DNA of 64,000 bases from Candidatus Levyibacteriota bacterium (GCA_963790825.1 CAWBPM010000002.1:97702-161701), one strand, 5' to 3'; shown: positions 39,902 through 49,244, counted from the first letter of the stretch. Numbers and translations are program-made. Notes: generated by a model not told the origin, from the sequence alone.

Positions 39902-41584
39902 ATGCTAATTACGAGTGAAGAGCTGAAAAAATTAGTTTTGAACACCAAGTTACTGGAAGAAAAAGAGTATCTGGTAATTGAAGAGTTTGCGAAAAATTCA
40001 AATGTCGATCCGGCTGAAGCTTTAGTTCAAAAAGACGTTATTTCTGATGAAAATTTAGGAATAATGATCGCGGACTTTTTAAAAGTACCTTTTGTAACTC
40101 TGTCTAAGCTTTCCATCCCTGAAGATGTTATTCGTATCGTCCCCGAAAGAATTGCCAGAAAGCACAAAGTAATTCCCTTCGCCAAGGATGAGTCGGGAAT
40201 AAAACTCGCGATGGTTGATCCGTCCAATAAAGAACTTGTAGATCTAATCTCAATGAAAACCGGAGATAAAGTTATCCCGCATCTGGCGACAGAGCGTGAT
40301 ATTTATAACACACTTAGAGTTTATCGAAAAGATTTACAAAAGACATTTCAGGATCTACTTACGGAAGAATTGAGAAAATCGGGAAGCATCGTTAATGAAG
40401 CACCGGTTGAGAAGATTGTTGACATGATCATAGACTATGCATATCAGGATAAAGCTTCGGATATTCATATCGAACCTGAAGAAAAAGATTCATTGGTTCG
40501 CTTTCGCATTGATGGCATACTTCACGATGTTCTGATTATACCCAAAGCACTTCATGAACAAGTAACAACCCGTATAAAAGTATTGTCCCGTCTTAGAACG
40601 GATGAACATATGGCTCCGCAAGACGGCAAACTTAGGATTAAATTAGAAGAGGAAGAGCTTGATATTCGTGTGTCAATTCTACCGATTTCGGGCGGAGAAA
40701 AGACAGTCATGCGACTTCTCGCTTCACGCTTCGGGCAATTTTCACTTCTGGATTTAGGTATGAATGAGAAAGATTTGAAAAAAGTAACGAACGCGTTCAG
40801 CAAATCATACGGCATGGTACTTTCAACAGGCCCGACAGGTTCGGGAAAAACGAGCAGTATTTACGCAATCTTAAAAATTCTTAATACCCGGGAAAAAAAT
40901 ATTACAACAATTGAAGATCCGGTTGAGTACAGGATCAAGGGTGTTAATCAGATCCAGGTAAATTCGAAAACTAATTTAACTTTTGCTAACGGTTTAAGAT
41001 CAATTTTAAGACAGGATCCGAACATTGTTTTCGTGGGAGAAATACGTGATAACGAAACTGCGGGAATTGCCGTAAATGCTGCTTTAACCGGACATTTAGT
41101 ATTATCAACACTGCATACCAATGATGCTGCTACTGCTCTGCCCCGTTTGACAGACATGCAGGTAGAGCCGTTTCTGGTTGCTTCAACTGTTAATGTTATT
41201 ATTGGTCAAAGACTGGTTAGAAAAATCTGCGAAATGTGCAAAGCAACAACAATGGCAAGTCGCTCGGAACTGGTAAAAAATCTATCCGAAGAAGTAGTAT
41301 CGAAGCATTTTGACCAGAAAGAAGAACTACGCGTCTTTAGGGGTCAGGGATGTAAAGTTTGCCACACTACAGGATATGCCGGACGTATCGGAGTATTTGA
41401 AGTTTTAGAGGTGAGTAAAACCATCAGAGCGCTTATTGCGAAAAAAGCTGATGCGGACATGATCGTGCAGAAAGCGATGGAAGAAGGGATGACCACTATG
41501 CTTGATGACGGACTTGAAAAAGTTGCCCGGGGAATAACGACTATTGAGGAAGTATTCAGAGTAACGAAAGTAGAAAACGCATGA
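39902..41584 (+). CDS. pilB: type IV pilus assembly ATPase PilB (GspE family)
   Basis: N-terminal GSPII_E_N/MshEN-like domain, Walker A GPTGSGKTSS, Asp box, His box and a Cys-x2-Cys...Cys-x2-Cys-type zinc motif (CEMCKA...CKVCHTTG). 560 aa. Confidence 0.85.
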   Translation: MLITSEELKKLVLNTKLLEEKEYLVIEEFAKNSNVDPAEALVQKDVISDENLGIMIADFLKVPFVTLSKLSIPEDVIRIVPERIARKHKVIPFAKDESGIKLAMVDPSNKELVDLISMKTGDKVIPHLATERDIYNTLRVYRKDLQKTFQDLLTEELRKSGSIVNEAPVEKIVDMIIDYAYQDKASDIHIEPEEKDSLVRFRIDGILHDVLIIPKALHEQVTTRIKVLSRLRTDEHMAPQDGKLRIKLEEEELDIRVSILPISGGEKTVMRLLASRFGQFSLLDLGMNEKDLKKVTNAFSKSYGMVLSTGPTGSGKTSSIYAILKILNTREKNITTIEDPVEYRIKGVNQIQVNSKTNLTFANGLRSILRQDPNIVFVGEIRDNETAGIAVNAALTGHLVLSTLHTNDAATALPRLTDMQVEPFLVASTVNVIIGQRLVRKICEMCKATTMASRSELVKNLSEEVVSKHFDQKEELRVFRGQGCKVCHTTGYAGRIGVFEVLEVSKTIRALIAKKADADMIVQKAMEEGMTTMLDDGLEKVARGITTIEEVFRVTKVENA

Positions 41585-42630
41585 AAACAGAACGAGTCAG
41601 CCTTTCCGGCAATGATAAAATCGGTTTTATCAGTAGTCTTACTACTATGCTTGGGGCGGGCATTCCAATTCTTGAAACAGTAGATTCGCTCCTTGAAGAC
41701 GCGAAAGGCGGACAGAAAAAGCTACTCGAAACCATGCGGGCAGATTTAACGCAGGGACAACATATCTATTTTACGTTTGCAAAGTTTCCCTTAATTTTCG
41801 ATAAAGTAACCATCAATATTATTCGTGCGGCAGAAGAGGCGGGGACATTGGATGTTACGCTCACGGATGTAAAAAACAATATTCAAAAGGAAATGGAATT
41901 TACCGATAGAATTCGCTCGGCGCTTATTTATCCTATGTTTATCGCCTTTATATTTGTTGCGGTACTTTTAATGATATTAATTGTTGTCGTCCCAAAAATT
42001 AGCACAGTATTTGTACAATTGAAAGTGAAGTTGCCATTACCGACAAAAATTCTCATATTTTTGTCAAATATGTTATTGAACTATACCATACCGGTAATTA
42101 TCGGCTTTATTGTTTTTACTATCCTGGCGATTTACATTTATAAAAGAGAAAAAGGATTCATCATTCAAACGCTAACATCTCTGCCGGTTATTTCAAATTT
42201 GATGAAAGAAATTGATTGGAACCGTTTTACCAGAAGCATGTTTTTACTTCTCAGCGCCGGTATTCCGATTACCAGTGCCTTGGAAATGACACAAGACGTG
42301 GTAACCAGAAAAGAAATAAAAAAAGCAATTAAGCACGCAAGCGATGTAGTATTTACGGGAAAAAAATTGTCGGAAGGCTTAAAAGATGAAAAGAATGTAA
42401 TTTCACCGATTGTCATCAGAATTATTGAAGCGGGAGAGAAAACCGGATCTTTGGATAAGGCTATGCAGGATGCCGCAGATTTTCTTGAATATCAGATATC
42501 CGGAAACTTAAAAGCAGCTACCGCGTTAATTGAACCGATGATGCTGGTTATTGTCGGGGTGCTTATCGGGGGAATGATGATCGCAATCATCGGTCCAATT
42601 TACAGTATGATAGGGCAAATAAGTCCATAA
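41581..42630 (+). CDS. pilC: type IV pilus inner-membrane platform protein PilC (GspF family)
   Basis: Two T2SS-F-like repeats with TM helices. 4-nt overlap with pilB. 349 aa. Confidence 0.75.
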   Translation: MKTERVSLSGNDKIGFISSLTTMLGAGIPILETVDSLLEDAKGGQKKLLETMRADLTQGQHIYFTFAKFPLIFDKVTINIIRAAEEAGTLDVTLTDVKNNIQKEMEFTDRIRSALIYPMFIAFIFVAVLLMILIVVVPKISTVFVQLKVKLPLPTKILIFLSNMLLNYTIPVIIGFIVFTILAIYIYKREKGFIIQTLTSLPVISNLMKEIDWNRFTRSMFLLLSAGIPITSALEMTQDVVTRKEIKKAIKHASDVVFTGKKLSEGLKDEKNVISPIVIRIIEAGEKTGSLDKAMQDAADFLEYQISGNLKAATALIEPMMLVIVGVLIGGMMIAIIGPIYSMIGQISP

Positions 42631-42634
42631 TCCT

Positions 42635-43150
42635 ATGCAGATACATCATTCGTTTTCCTCTTCCAAACAAGCCGGATTTCCCCCGGTTCAATCGGGGTTT
42701 ACTCTGGCGGAATTAATATTAGTTATGTTGATTTTTACTACTCTTGTCGGAATTGCGACCATTAACTTGGCGCATATCCAACGCCGATCATCTATGACCA
42801 GCAGCATAAACATGCTGGCAACCGACATGAAAGAACAGCAAGTAAAAGCAATGGTTGGGGATACCGAAAGCAGAGCAAGTCCCGATAATTACGGTATTTA
42901 TTTCGGTACAAGTTCTTATACGCTTTTTCATGGCACCTACTCTGCAACTGATAGCGCAAATACCGTTATTCCAATCGATGCTACATTGCATTTTGCGACT
43001 CCCGGAGCCAGTATTATTTTTACCAGAGAGAGTGGTGACGTGTTGAATTATAGTATAAATGCTAACCTGATCATAATTCAGGATATAACGAATGGAGAAG
43101 TGACTAAGCTTAAGTTTAATAAATTCGGTGCGATAATAGGAACATATTAA
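42635..43150 (+). CDS. prepilin-type N-terminal cleavage/methylation domain protein (minor pilin/pseudopilin)
   Basis: Class III signal QSGFTLAELILVMLIF (G|FTLxE). Confidence 0.65.
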   Translation: MQIHHSFSSSKQAGFPPVQSGFTLAELILVMLIFTTLVGIATINLAHIQRRSSMTSSINMLATDMKEQQVKAMVGDTESRASPDNYGIYFGTSSYTLFHGTYSATDSANTVIPIDATLHFATPGASIIFTRESGDVLNYSINANLIIIQDITNGEVTKLKFNKFGAIIGTY

Positions 43151-43153
43151 ATT

Positions 43154-43672
43154 ATGAAAAATTTTCTTTTCATTTCGAGTCATGATTATTTGAAAGGCTT
43201 TACTATTGTTGAATTCCTTATTTATATGGGAATACTTGTTATTTTACTTACTGCTTTAACTAGTGTTTTTACCTCAATTCTCGATGTATCTTCAGAGTCT
43301 CAGGCAAGTTCCGCAGTAGAGAGAAACGGAAAGTATATTCTGGCAAAACTGGCGTATGATATTCATCAGGCGACCGGTTCCGGTGTTTTGTCCCCGGTTT
43401 TGGGAAGTTCTTCAGGTAGCCTTAAACTTTCTCTCGGAGGTATAACAAGCACTTACAGCACGAATAATAGCGGCAATTTACAAGTAACATCAAATCTGGG
43501 CACGGATTTTCTAAGCAGCTATGATGCCAGTGTTTCCGGCTTAACATTTACCACATTGGGTAATAGCGGAGGAAAAAATTCAGTACAAATTAGCTTTACT
43601 TTGACTAGTTTGATGCAGCGAATATCCGGTAACGAAACAGCAAATTTTTCAACAACGGTTGGAACCAGATAA
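43154..43672 (+). CDS. prepilin-type N-terminal cleavage/methylation domain protein (minor pilin/pseudopilin)
   Basis: KGFTIVEFLIYMGILVILL class III signal. Ser/Thr-rich body. Confidence 0.6.
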   Translation: MKNFLFISSHDYLKGFTIVEFLIYMGILVILLTALTSVFTSILDVSSESQASSAVERNGKYILAKLAYDIHQATGSGVLSPVLGSSSGSLKLSLGGITSTYSTNNSGNLQVTSNLGTDFLSSYDASVSGLTFTTLGNSGGKNSVQISFTLTSLMQRISGNETANFSTTVGTR

Positions 43673-43679
43673 TTAATAT

Positions 43680-44078
43680 ATGCAAGAAAAAAATTTAATT
43701 AACAGTAATCAAAAGGAAGGGGGACAAGCGCTCATTACCTTGCTTTTTTTTGTAATCATTGCCATAACTATAACTTCGGCATCAGTTGTGGTATTAATCG
43801 CAAACAGCACCTCCGCGACGAAATACGAGGAAGGAATCAGGGCATTTTATGTAGCGGAAGGTGGAGCGGAAAACGCGGTTCTTCGATTACTGAGAGATCC
43901 TACTTATACAGGTGAAACATTGACAATTTCCGATGGAACTGCAACGATATCTGTAAGCGGGTCCGGTCCTTTTACAATTACGTCAAAAGGCGTTGTTGGA
44001 AATTTTACAAGAACAGTTCAAGTAAGCGCTGCCTACGTGAATAATATATTAAGCATTACTTCCTGGAAGGAAATTTAA
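43680..44078 (+). CDS. pilus-associated protein with N-terminal hydrophobic helix (PilX/pseudopilin-like, non-canonical leader)
   Basis: GGQALITLLFFVIIAITITSASVVVLIA hydrophobic segment without the G|FTLxE consensus. Located inside the minor-pilin run. Confidence 0.35.
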   Translation: MQEKNLINSNQKEGGQALITLLFFVIIAITITSASVVVLIANSTSATKYEEGIRAFYVAEGGAENAVLRLLRDPTYTGETLTISDGTATISVSGSGPFTITSKGVVGNFTRTVQVSAAYVNNILSITSWKEI

Positions 44079-44080
44079 CA

Positions 44081-45196
44081 ATGAGTAAGGGAATTATCTA
44101 TTTACAAAAAGAACAATTTGATTTATATCTCAACGATCAACAAAAAATCTTTACCTGCCAATTTACAAAAGATCTGGTAAATTACATGGAAGTAATTAAT
44201 AAAGAAGCGTTTGAAAATCTTATTACCTCATTTATCACGACGAATAAACTGCAACCGGCAAATCTCATTATTGTTTTAGCAAATTCTATAGTTTTTACAA
44301 AAGAAATCACAAATCCTCAACCAACTCCAAACGATGCAAAATCTGCTCCTGATAAATTAAAGTTAATTGCAGAAGAAAAGGCCACGAAAGATAGAGAGGG
44401 ATTATTGATCCAACAATTTATTGACAACATACCCTTTGCCGAAGTAAGTCATAAAATTATTTCTCTCCCGACCGGAAAAAAAGTAATTGCCGCCAATACG
44501 GATTTATATGACAGAATTAAAAATGTTTTTGCAAAATCAGGATTTATTATAGAAGCAGTAGCACCTATCGCAGTTTTAGATGCCAGCATCAGTGCACAAC
44601 CAAATTTTTCCCTGCAAATGGGGCAGCTTATGCTTGGGAAATATGACATATTGAGACAAAATAGTTTGGTGGTTAATTATCAGAATGAATTAATAAAATC
44701 CGGTAACAAAAATAAACATGCAGTGGGAAAAAGTACGAATAAACGAGCCTTTATTCTTTCCGGAGTTTTGGGGTTACTACTTCTTGTTCTGGGAGTCATG
44801 GTATATATGACCTATTTTGCTTCACAAACAACGTCTAAAAAACCTTTACCCGGTGCTTTAACTCCGGCTTCCGCCAGTCCCACCGGCCTACCGGTTGCAT
44901 CGGGATCGGCACAAGTTATTCCAGATAACTCGGGTGTTACTATTATTGCAACAGAAGGGGAGGATAGTCTTTCTACCACGCTTAGAGAAAATCTCACTTC
45001 TTTAGGGTTTACCAATGTTAGCTCAGTCAGCTCAGGACTTACCAGTATTCCTCGGACAACAATTTCTTTTACATCAAGTACATCTGCCGATGTAAAAGTT
45101 AAAATAGTAAATGCTGTACAAGCATTATCACCCGAAGCCGTGGTCGCTCCGGATATTAACAGTAGCGGTATTACTATTAATTTATCTAATAAATAG
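44081..45196 (+). CDS. pilus assembly protein, PilM-N-terminal-like cytoplasmic domain fused to PilN-like TM/periplasmic part (tentative)
   Basis: About 210 cytoplasmic residues starting GIIYLQKEQFDLYL (PilM-like start), one TM helix (AFILSGVLGLLLLVLGVMVYM), then a Ser/Thr/Pro-rich periplasmic tail. Sits between the pseudopilins and the major pilin. Confidence 0.3.
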   Translation: MSKGIIYLQKEQFDLYLNDQQKIFTCQFTKDLVNYMEVINKEAFENLITSFITTNKLQPANLIIVLANSIVFTKEITNPQPTPNDAKSAPDKLKLIAEEKATKDREGLLIQQFIDNIPFAEVSHKIISLPTGKKVIAANTDLYDRIKNVFAKSGFIIEAVAPIAVLDASISAQPNFSLQMGQLMLGKYDILRQNSLVVNYQNELIKSGNKNKHAVGKSTNKRAFILSGVLGLLLLVLGVMVYMTYFASQTTSKKPLPGALTPASASPTGLPVASGSAQVIPDNSGVTIIATEGEDSLSTTLRENLTSLGFTNVSSVSSGLTSIPRTTISFTSSTSADVKVKIVNAVQALSPEAVVAPDINSSGITINLSNK

Positions 45197-45199
45197 CTT

Positions 45200-45766
45200 C
45201 CTTTATTTTCCCTCTTGACAATTAGGAAAAGGATATGATTTACTAAATGCAGAGATATGAAAACAACTGCCCCGATAAATAAACTAGCTAAAGGTTTTAC
45301 CCTCATCGAGCTCTTAGTTGTTATCGGCATTTTAGCAATTCTTTTGGCAATCACCTTAATCGCAATTAATCCGGCCAGACAATTCTCCCAGGCAAATAAT
45401 ACAAAAAGAAGCAGCGATGTGAATGCTATTCTTAATGCCGTCAATCAGTATATGGCAGATAATAAAGGTGCTCTTCCCACAGGTATTAGTACGACAGCCC
45501 AGACGATTAACGGAGTAGATTTTGGAGCCATGTGCACTGCATTGGTTCCTACATATATAGCCGCACTTCCGGTAGATCCATTATCTAATGCAAATGCGGT
45601 ACAGTCTACAGATTGCACGAGTACTACATGGAATACAGGATACGTAGTACAGCAGTTAACAGGTGGCAGCAATAGGCTTACGGTATCCGCACCGGGAGCA
45701 GAGCTGGGGGCCACTATCTCCGTAACCAGATAAAGAGTTTCTCCTTATTAATTTAATTATTATTAA
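45200..45766 (+). repeat. 567-bp perfect direct repeat, copy 1 (pilin promoter + pilin gene + 33 nt 3' flank)
   Basis: Identical base-for-base to 48076-48642 by direct comparison of the printed sequence. The flanks diverge immediately outside both ends. Confidence 0.85.
45257..45733 (+). CDS. pilA: type IV major pilin (prepilin with 13-aa leader, G|FTLIELLVV)
   Basis: MKTTAPINKLAKG|FTLIELLVVIGILAILLAITLIAINP class III signal. 158 aa, with two Cys near the C-terminus (disulfide loop). A TTGACA hexamer lies 35 nt upstream. Confidence 0.8.
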   Translation: MKTTAPINKLAKGFTLIELLVVIGILAILLAITLIAINPARQFSQANNTKRSSDVNAILNAVNQYMADNKGALPTGISTTAQTINGVDFGAMCTALVPTYIAALPVDPLSNANAVQSTDCTSTTWNTGYVVQQLTGGSNRLTVSAPGAELGATISVTR

Positions 45767-46144
45767 GTTTTATTTTGTTTAGTTTGTTGACGAATGAATC
45801 CTATTTAATATACTTATCTCATCTGTGAGTCAGATTGAAAAAGCAATTAAAAGTCCAATTCCTTGTTCGGAAGAACAAGCCTCACTTAGTAATATTCAAA
45901 GACCTACACTTGACCAGGCCAGGAGGGCAGTTAAAGAAATGGATGCATCATATACCACCCAAAGACTAAAAGGCTTCGAAGATTTAACTATTCCTAAACG
46001 AGGCCAAAATCGCATGATTCTCCAAGGCGATAATTAGTAGTAATGATACTGACTCCTTTTTTAATCGCTGCTATATAAAGAAATTATGAAGATGTTACTT
46101 AATCAGAGTGAAAAAATATGATATGAGGAGAAGAGAATTTATTT

Positions 46145-46381
46145 CTATTTCTTTTTGGATTTTCCTTTACTTGATGATTGATTTACAAGATAGAGGAGAC
46201 CGACCAGGAAACCTCCACCGATAATTGCAAAGATAACATACTTTTGCAGCATTGCAGGATCATTATATAAATAGTTTATGCTAAAGACAATCTTAACAAA
46301 AAGCACGAAAACCAATGCCAAGATAAGAAATGCTATAACTGCTTTTGCGTTACTGTTATGATTTCCTTTTTCAAGCTTCAT
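46145..46381 (-). CDS. small membrane protein (two TM helices, Lys-rich C-terminus)
   Basis: 78-aa ORF inside the segment bracketed by the 567-bp direct repeats. Confidence 0.35.
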   Translation of the reverse strand: MKLEKGNHNSNAKAVIAFLILALVFVLFVKIVFSINYLYNDPAMLQKYVIFAIIGGGFLVGLLYLVNQSSSKGKSKKK

Positions 46382-46465
46382 AATTTATTATTGATACATA
46401 CTCAACCAATTGTCAAGAGGCAATTTATTAAAGAATATAGTTTTTCCTTAGATATTAAGTAAGTC

Positions 46466-47926
46466 TCATTTTGTAAAAATTGTATAGTTACCAATATTTT
46501 TACTTTGGCTATAATGATTTTTGATAAATTGTACAATAGGACTAAGATCCTGACTATTTGTTTTTCCTAAGATAATCATTGGTACTTTTTTCTTTGTTAA
46601 ACTATTGATTATATTCTTCTGATAATTCGTTTCTACCTCGATCGGAGAAATTAAATCAGACCGTGTAGCATTTATTCTATCAGCTAAAAAATAAACTAAC
46701 GGAACATATTGATATATATAAATAAAATCGTTGGGTTTTGTTTTTGTCTGAATATACTTAGTTATCTGCATTGTTCTTTCAATTTCCTGATTAGAAAGAA
46801 AAACGTGAAGCCTGGGGTCTTGAGCGAAAGTTGTATCATACTGCATGGGAGGATTCCACCTATAATATCCGTAAAAATAAGCAGAATACAATCCAAGCCC
46901 TGTAATAAATATGAGAATAAGAAGAAAAAACTTCTTATTAAGTTCACTTTTATTATTACTGATGATAATTGCCAGGGGGAGGCAAGATATTGCAAGTAAA
47001 GGAACAAAGTGATCATAGTCGGTAGTCGGGCGTATACCAAGTAAATAAAATGTAGCAGTAAAAAGTGGTACGATTAAAAGATTTTTATTCGATTTTAAGC
47101 AAATAAAAAATGAGATAACAGAAAGTGTAAGGGGGGAAGTATAAAGAATGAATTTAAGTATTTTTATAATAAATGATCCTTGGTAAATAAATTGCGTGTC
47201 CAGAGTTTTACCGAAAAGTATCCGCTCGAAAGTATAGATATACATGTCTTTAATAAACGGCATAAATGAAGAAGTAAAAAGTAGTATTCCTGTGATTACT
47301 ATTCCGGAAGTTAAAAGACCGAACAAAAAGTAAAAAACATAGATCTTTTTTTTAAAAAAAAGAAAAGGCAAGAATGAAACGAGAAACAGACCGATACCAA
47401 AATTTTGTTTAGAAAGAAAAATCAGAATGACCATAATGCCGGACATAAAAAAGTACACCCCCTTCTGCCTAATGATTCCCAGCAAATAAAAAAATATTGT
47501 GTAGAGATAAAAGCATACTGCAAACATTGTCGGCCAGGGAAAATTGATATGAGCCGGTCCCCAGGCTATAAAAAATAAAAGCGACAACAAAACAAGAGGA
47601 ACCTTCTTGGTTATAAGTCTTACTATTTTATAGAGGGCAAAAAGTGACAACAGTGAAATAGCCAAACTGGCCAAACGTCCTGAGAATACACTCTCTCCGA
47701 ACGTATGAAGAAATACAGAGGTAATGAGAAATGATAGCGGAGTATATGTAACATCAAAATCCCGATATGGAACTTGTCCATGCACGACCCTTAGTGCAGA
47801 GTTTAAGATATACCCCTCATCCGAATATATTATTCCTTTAAATTGGAAAAAAATAAGAATATTAAGAAGTACCAATATAAAAAAAAGAAACAGTAAATTG
47901 TTTAGAGAAAATAATTTATCTCTCAT
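46466..47926 (-). CDS. GT-C fold glycosyltransferase, ArnT/PMT (GT39/GT83)-like polytopic membrane protein
   Basis: IIYSDEGYILNSALRVVHGQVPYRDFDVTYTPLSFL resembles the DE...Y...A...G.W..P motif of ArnT/PMT-family enzymes in the first periplasmic loop. More than 10 TM helices and a soluble C-terminal domain. Located between duplicated pilin genes. Confidence 0.5.
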   Translation of the reverse strand: MRDKLFSLNNLLFLFFILVLLNILIFFQFKGIIYSDEGYILNSALRVVHGQVPYRDFDVTYTPLSFLITSVFLHTFGESVFSGRLASLAISLLSLFALYKIVRLITKKVPLVLLSLLFFIAWGPAHINFPWPTMFAVCFYLYTIFFYLLGIIRQKGVYFFMSGIMVILIFLSKQNFGIGLFLVSFLPFLFFKKKIYVFYFLFGLLTSGIVITGILLFTSSFMPFIKDMYIYTFERILFGKTLDTQFIYQGSFIIKILKFILYTSPLTLSVISFFICLKSNKNLLIVPLFTATFYLLGIRPTTDYDHFVPLLAISCLPLAIIISNNKSELNKKFFLLILIFITGLGLYSAYFYGYYRWNPPMQYDTTFAQDPRLHVFLSNQEIERTMQITKYIQTKTKPNDFIYIYQYVPLVYFLADRINATRSDLISPIEVETNYQKNIINSLTKKKVPMIILGKTNSQDLSPIVQFIKNHYSQSKNIGNYTIFTK

Positions 47927-48075
47927 AAGTATGACAAGTATATAGGAAAAGGATTTTTCTTTCCATCGAATTAGTTTCTGGTTTCATTTACTATAATTCG
48001 TTTTACCCTGTTTGTTGATATTTTCTTATTTTTACTTGATTCTATTTACCTTAAATTTAGCTTCCGTTATGTTTC

Positions 48076-48642
48076 CCTTTATTTTCCCTCTTGACAATTA
48101 GGAAAAGGATATGATTTACTAAATGCAGAGATATGAAAACAACTGCCCCGATAAATAAACTAGCTAAAGGTTTTACCCTCATCGAGCTCTTAGTTGTTAT
48201 CGGCATTTTAGCAATTCTTTTGGCAATCACCTTAATCGCAATTAATCCGGCCAGACAATTCTCCCAGGCAAATAATACAAAAAGAAGCAGCGATGTGAAT
48301 GCTATTCTTAATGCCGTCAATCAGTATATGGCAGATAATAAAGGTGCTCTTCCCACAGGTATTAGTACGACAGCCCAGACGATTAACGGAGTAGATTTTG
48401 GAGCCATGTGCACTGCATTGGTTCCTACATATATAGCCGCACTTCCGGTAGATCCATTATCTAATGCAAATGCGGTACAGTCTACAGATTGCACGAGTAC
48501 TACATGGAATACAGGATACGTAGTACAGCAGTTAACAGGTGGCAGCAATAGGCTTACGGTATCCGCACCGGGAGCAGAGCTGGGGGCCACTATCTCCGTA
48601 ACCAGATAAAGAGTTTCTCCTTATTAATTTAATTATTATTAA
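48076..48642 (+). repeat. 567-bp perfect direct repeat, copy 2
   Basis: Identical to 45200-45766 (offset 2876 bp). Confidence 0.85.
48133..48609 (+). CDS. pilA: type IV major pilin, exact duplicate of 45257-45733
   Basis: Encoded protein identical over all 158 aa. Lies inside repeat copy 2. Confidence 0.8.
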   Translation: MKTTAPINKLAKGFTLIELLVVIGILAILLAITLIAINPARQFSQANNTKRSSDVNAILNAVNQYMADNKGALPTGISTTAQTINGVDFGAMCTALVPTYIAALPVDPLSNANAVQSTDCTSTTWNTGYVVQQLTGGSNRLTVSAPGAELGATISVTR

Positions 48643-48767
48643 TCCATTATTTATTTGTATTTTGTTTAATTTTATTTCTTATGAAGATAGCCTTTTTAAG
48701 TATACAACTTTCAAAATATTCCCTATTGACAAATAATTGAAAAAACTGATTAAATTAGTGCATAGAT

Positions 48768-49244
48768 ATGAAAACAACTGCCCCGATAAATAAACTAGCT
48801 AAAGGTTTTACCCTCATCGAGCTCTTAGTTGTTATCGGTATTTTGGCAGTATTACTGGCAATTACTTTAGTTGCCATCAATCCGGCCAGACAATTTTCCC
48901 AGGCAAATAATACAAAACGAAGCAGTGACGTAAACTCCATTCTGGATGCAATTAATCAGTACATGGCAGATAATAAAGGTGCTCTTCCCACAGGTATTAG
49001 TACAACTGCCGCAACAATTAATGGGACGGGCTTTACAGCTCTCTGTAGCGCTTTAGTACCTACTTATATAGCCGCTCTTCCGACTGATCCATTATCGAAT
49101 AATTCTGCCGTACAGTCCAGTAGCTGTACAAGTACAACATGGAATACAGGATACGTAGTACAGCAGTTAGTAGGAGGAGGTAATAGGGTAACTGTTTCTG
49201 CTCCTATGGCTGAGCTTAGTGCAACTGTTTCAGTAACGAGATAG
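48768..49244 (+). CDS. pilA: type IV major pilin, divergent third paralogue
   Basis: Same leader and N-terminal helix (MKTTAPINKLAKGFTLIELLVVIGILA). About 30 substitutions concentrated in the central/C-terminal variable region. Own TTGACA-N17-ATTAAAT promoter-like sequence upstream. Confidence 0.8.
   Translation: MKTTAPINKLAKGFTLIELLVVIGILAVLLAITLVAINPARQFSQANNTKRSSDVNSILDAINQYMADNKGALPTGISTTAATINGTGFTALCSALVPTYIAALPTDPLSNNSAVQSSSCTSTTWNTGYVVQQLVGGGNRVTVSAPMAELSATVSVTR

Noticed and set aside
44812-45714. Minus-strand ORFs 44812-45444 and 45445-45714, plus the copies 48057-48320 and 48321-48590, and 48755-48940 and 49064-49336
   Set aside because: Antisense to the PilM/N-like and pilin genes. 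They are duplicated only because the pilin region itself is duplicated.
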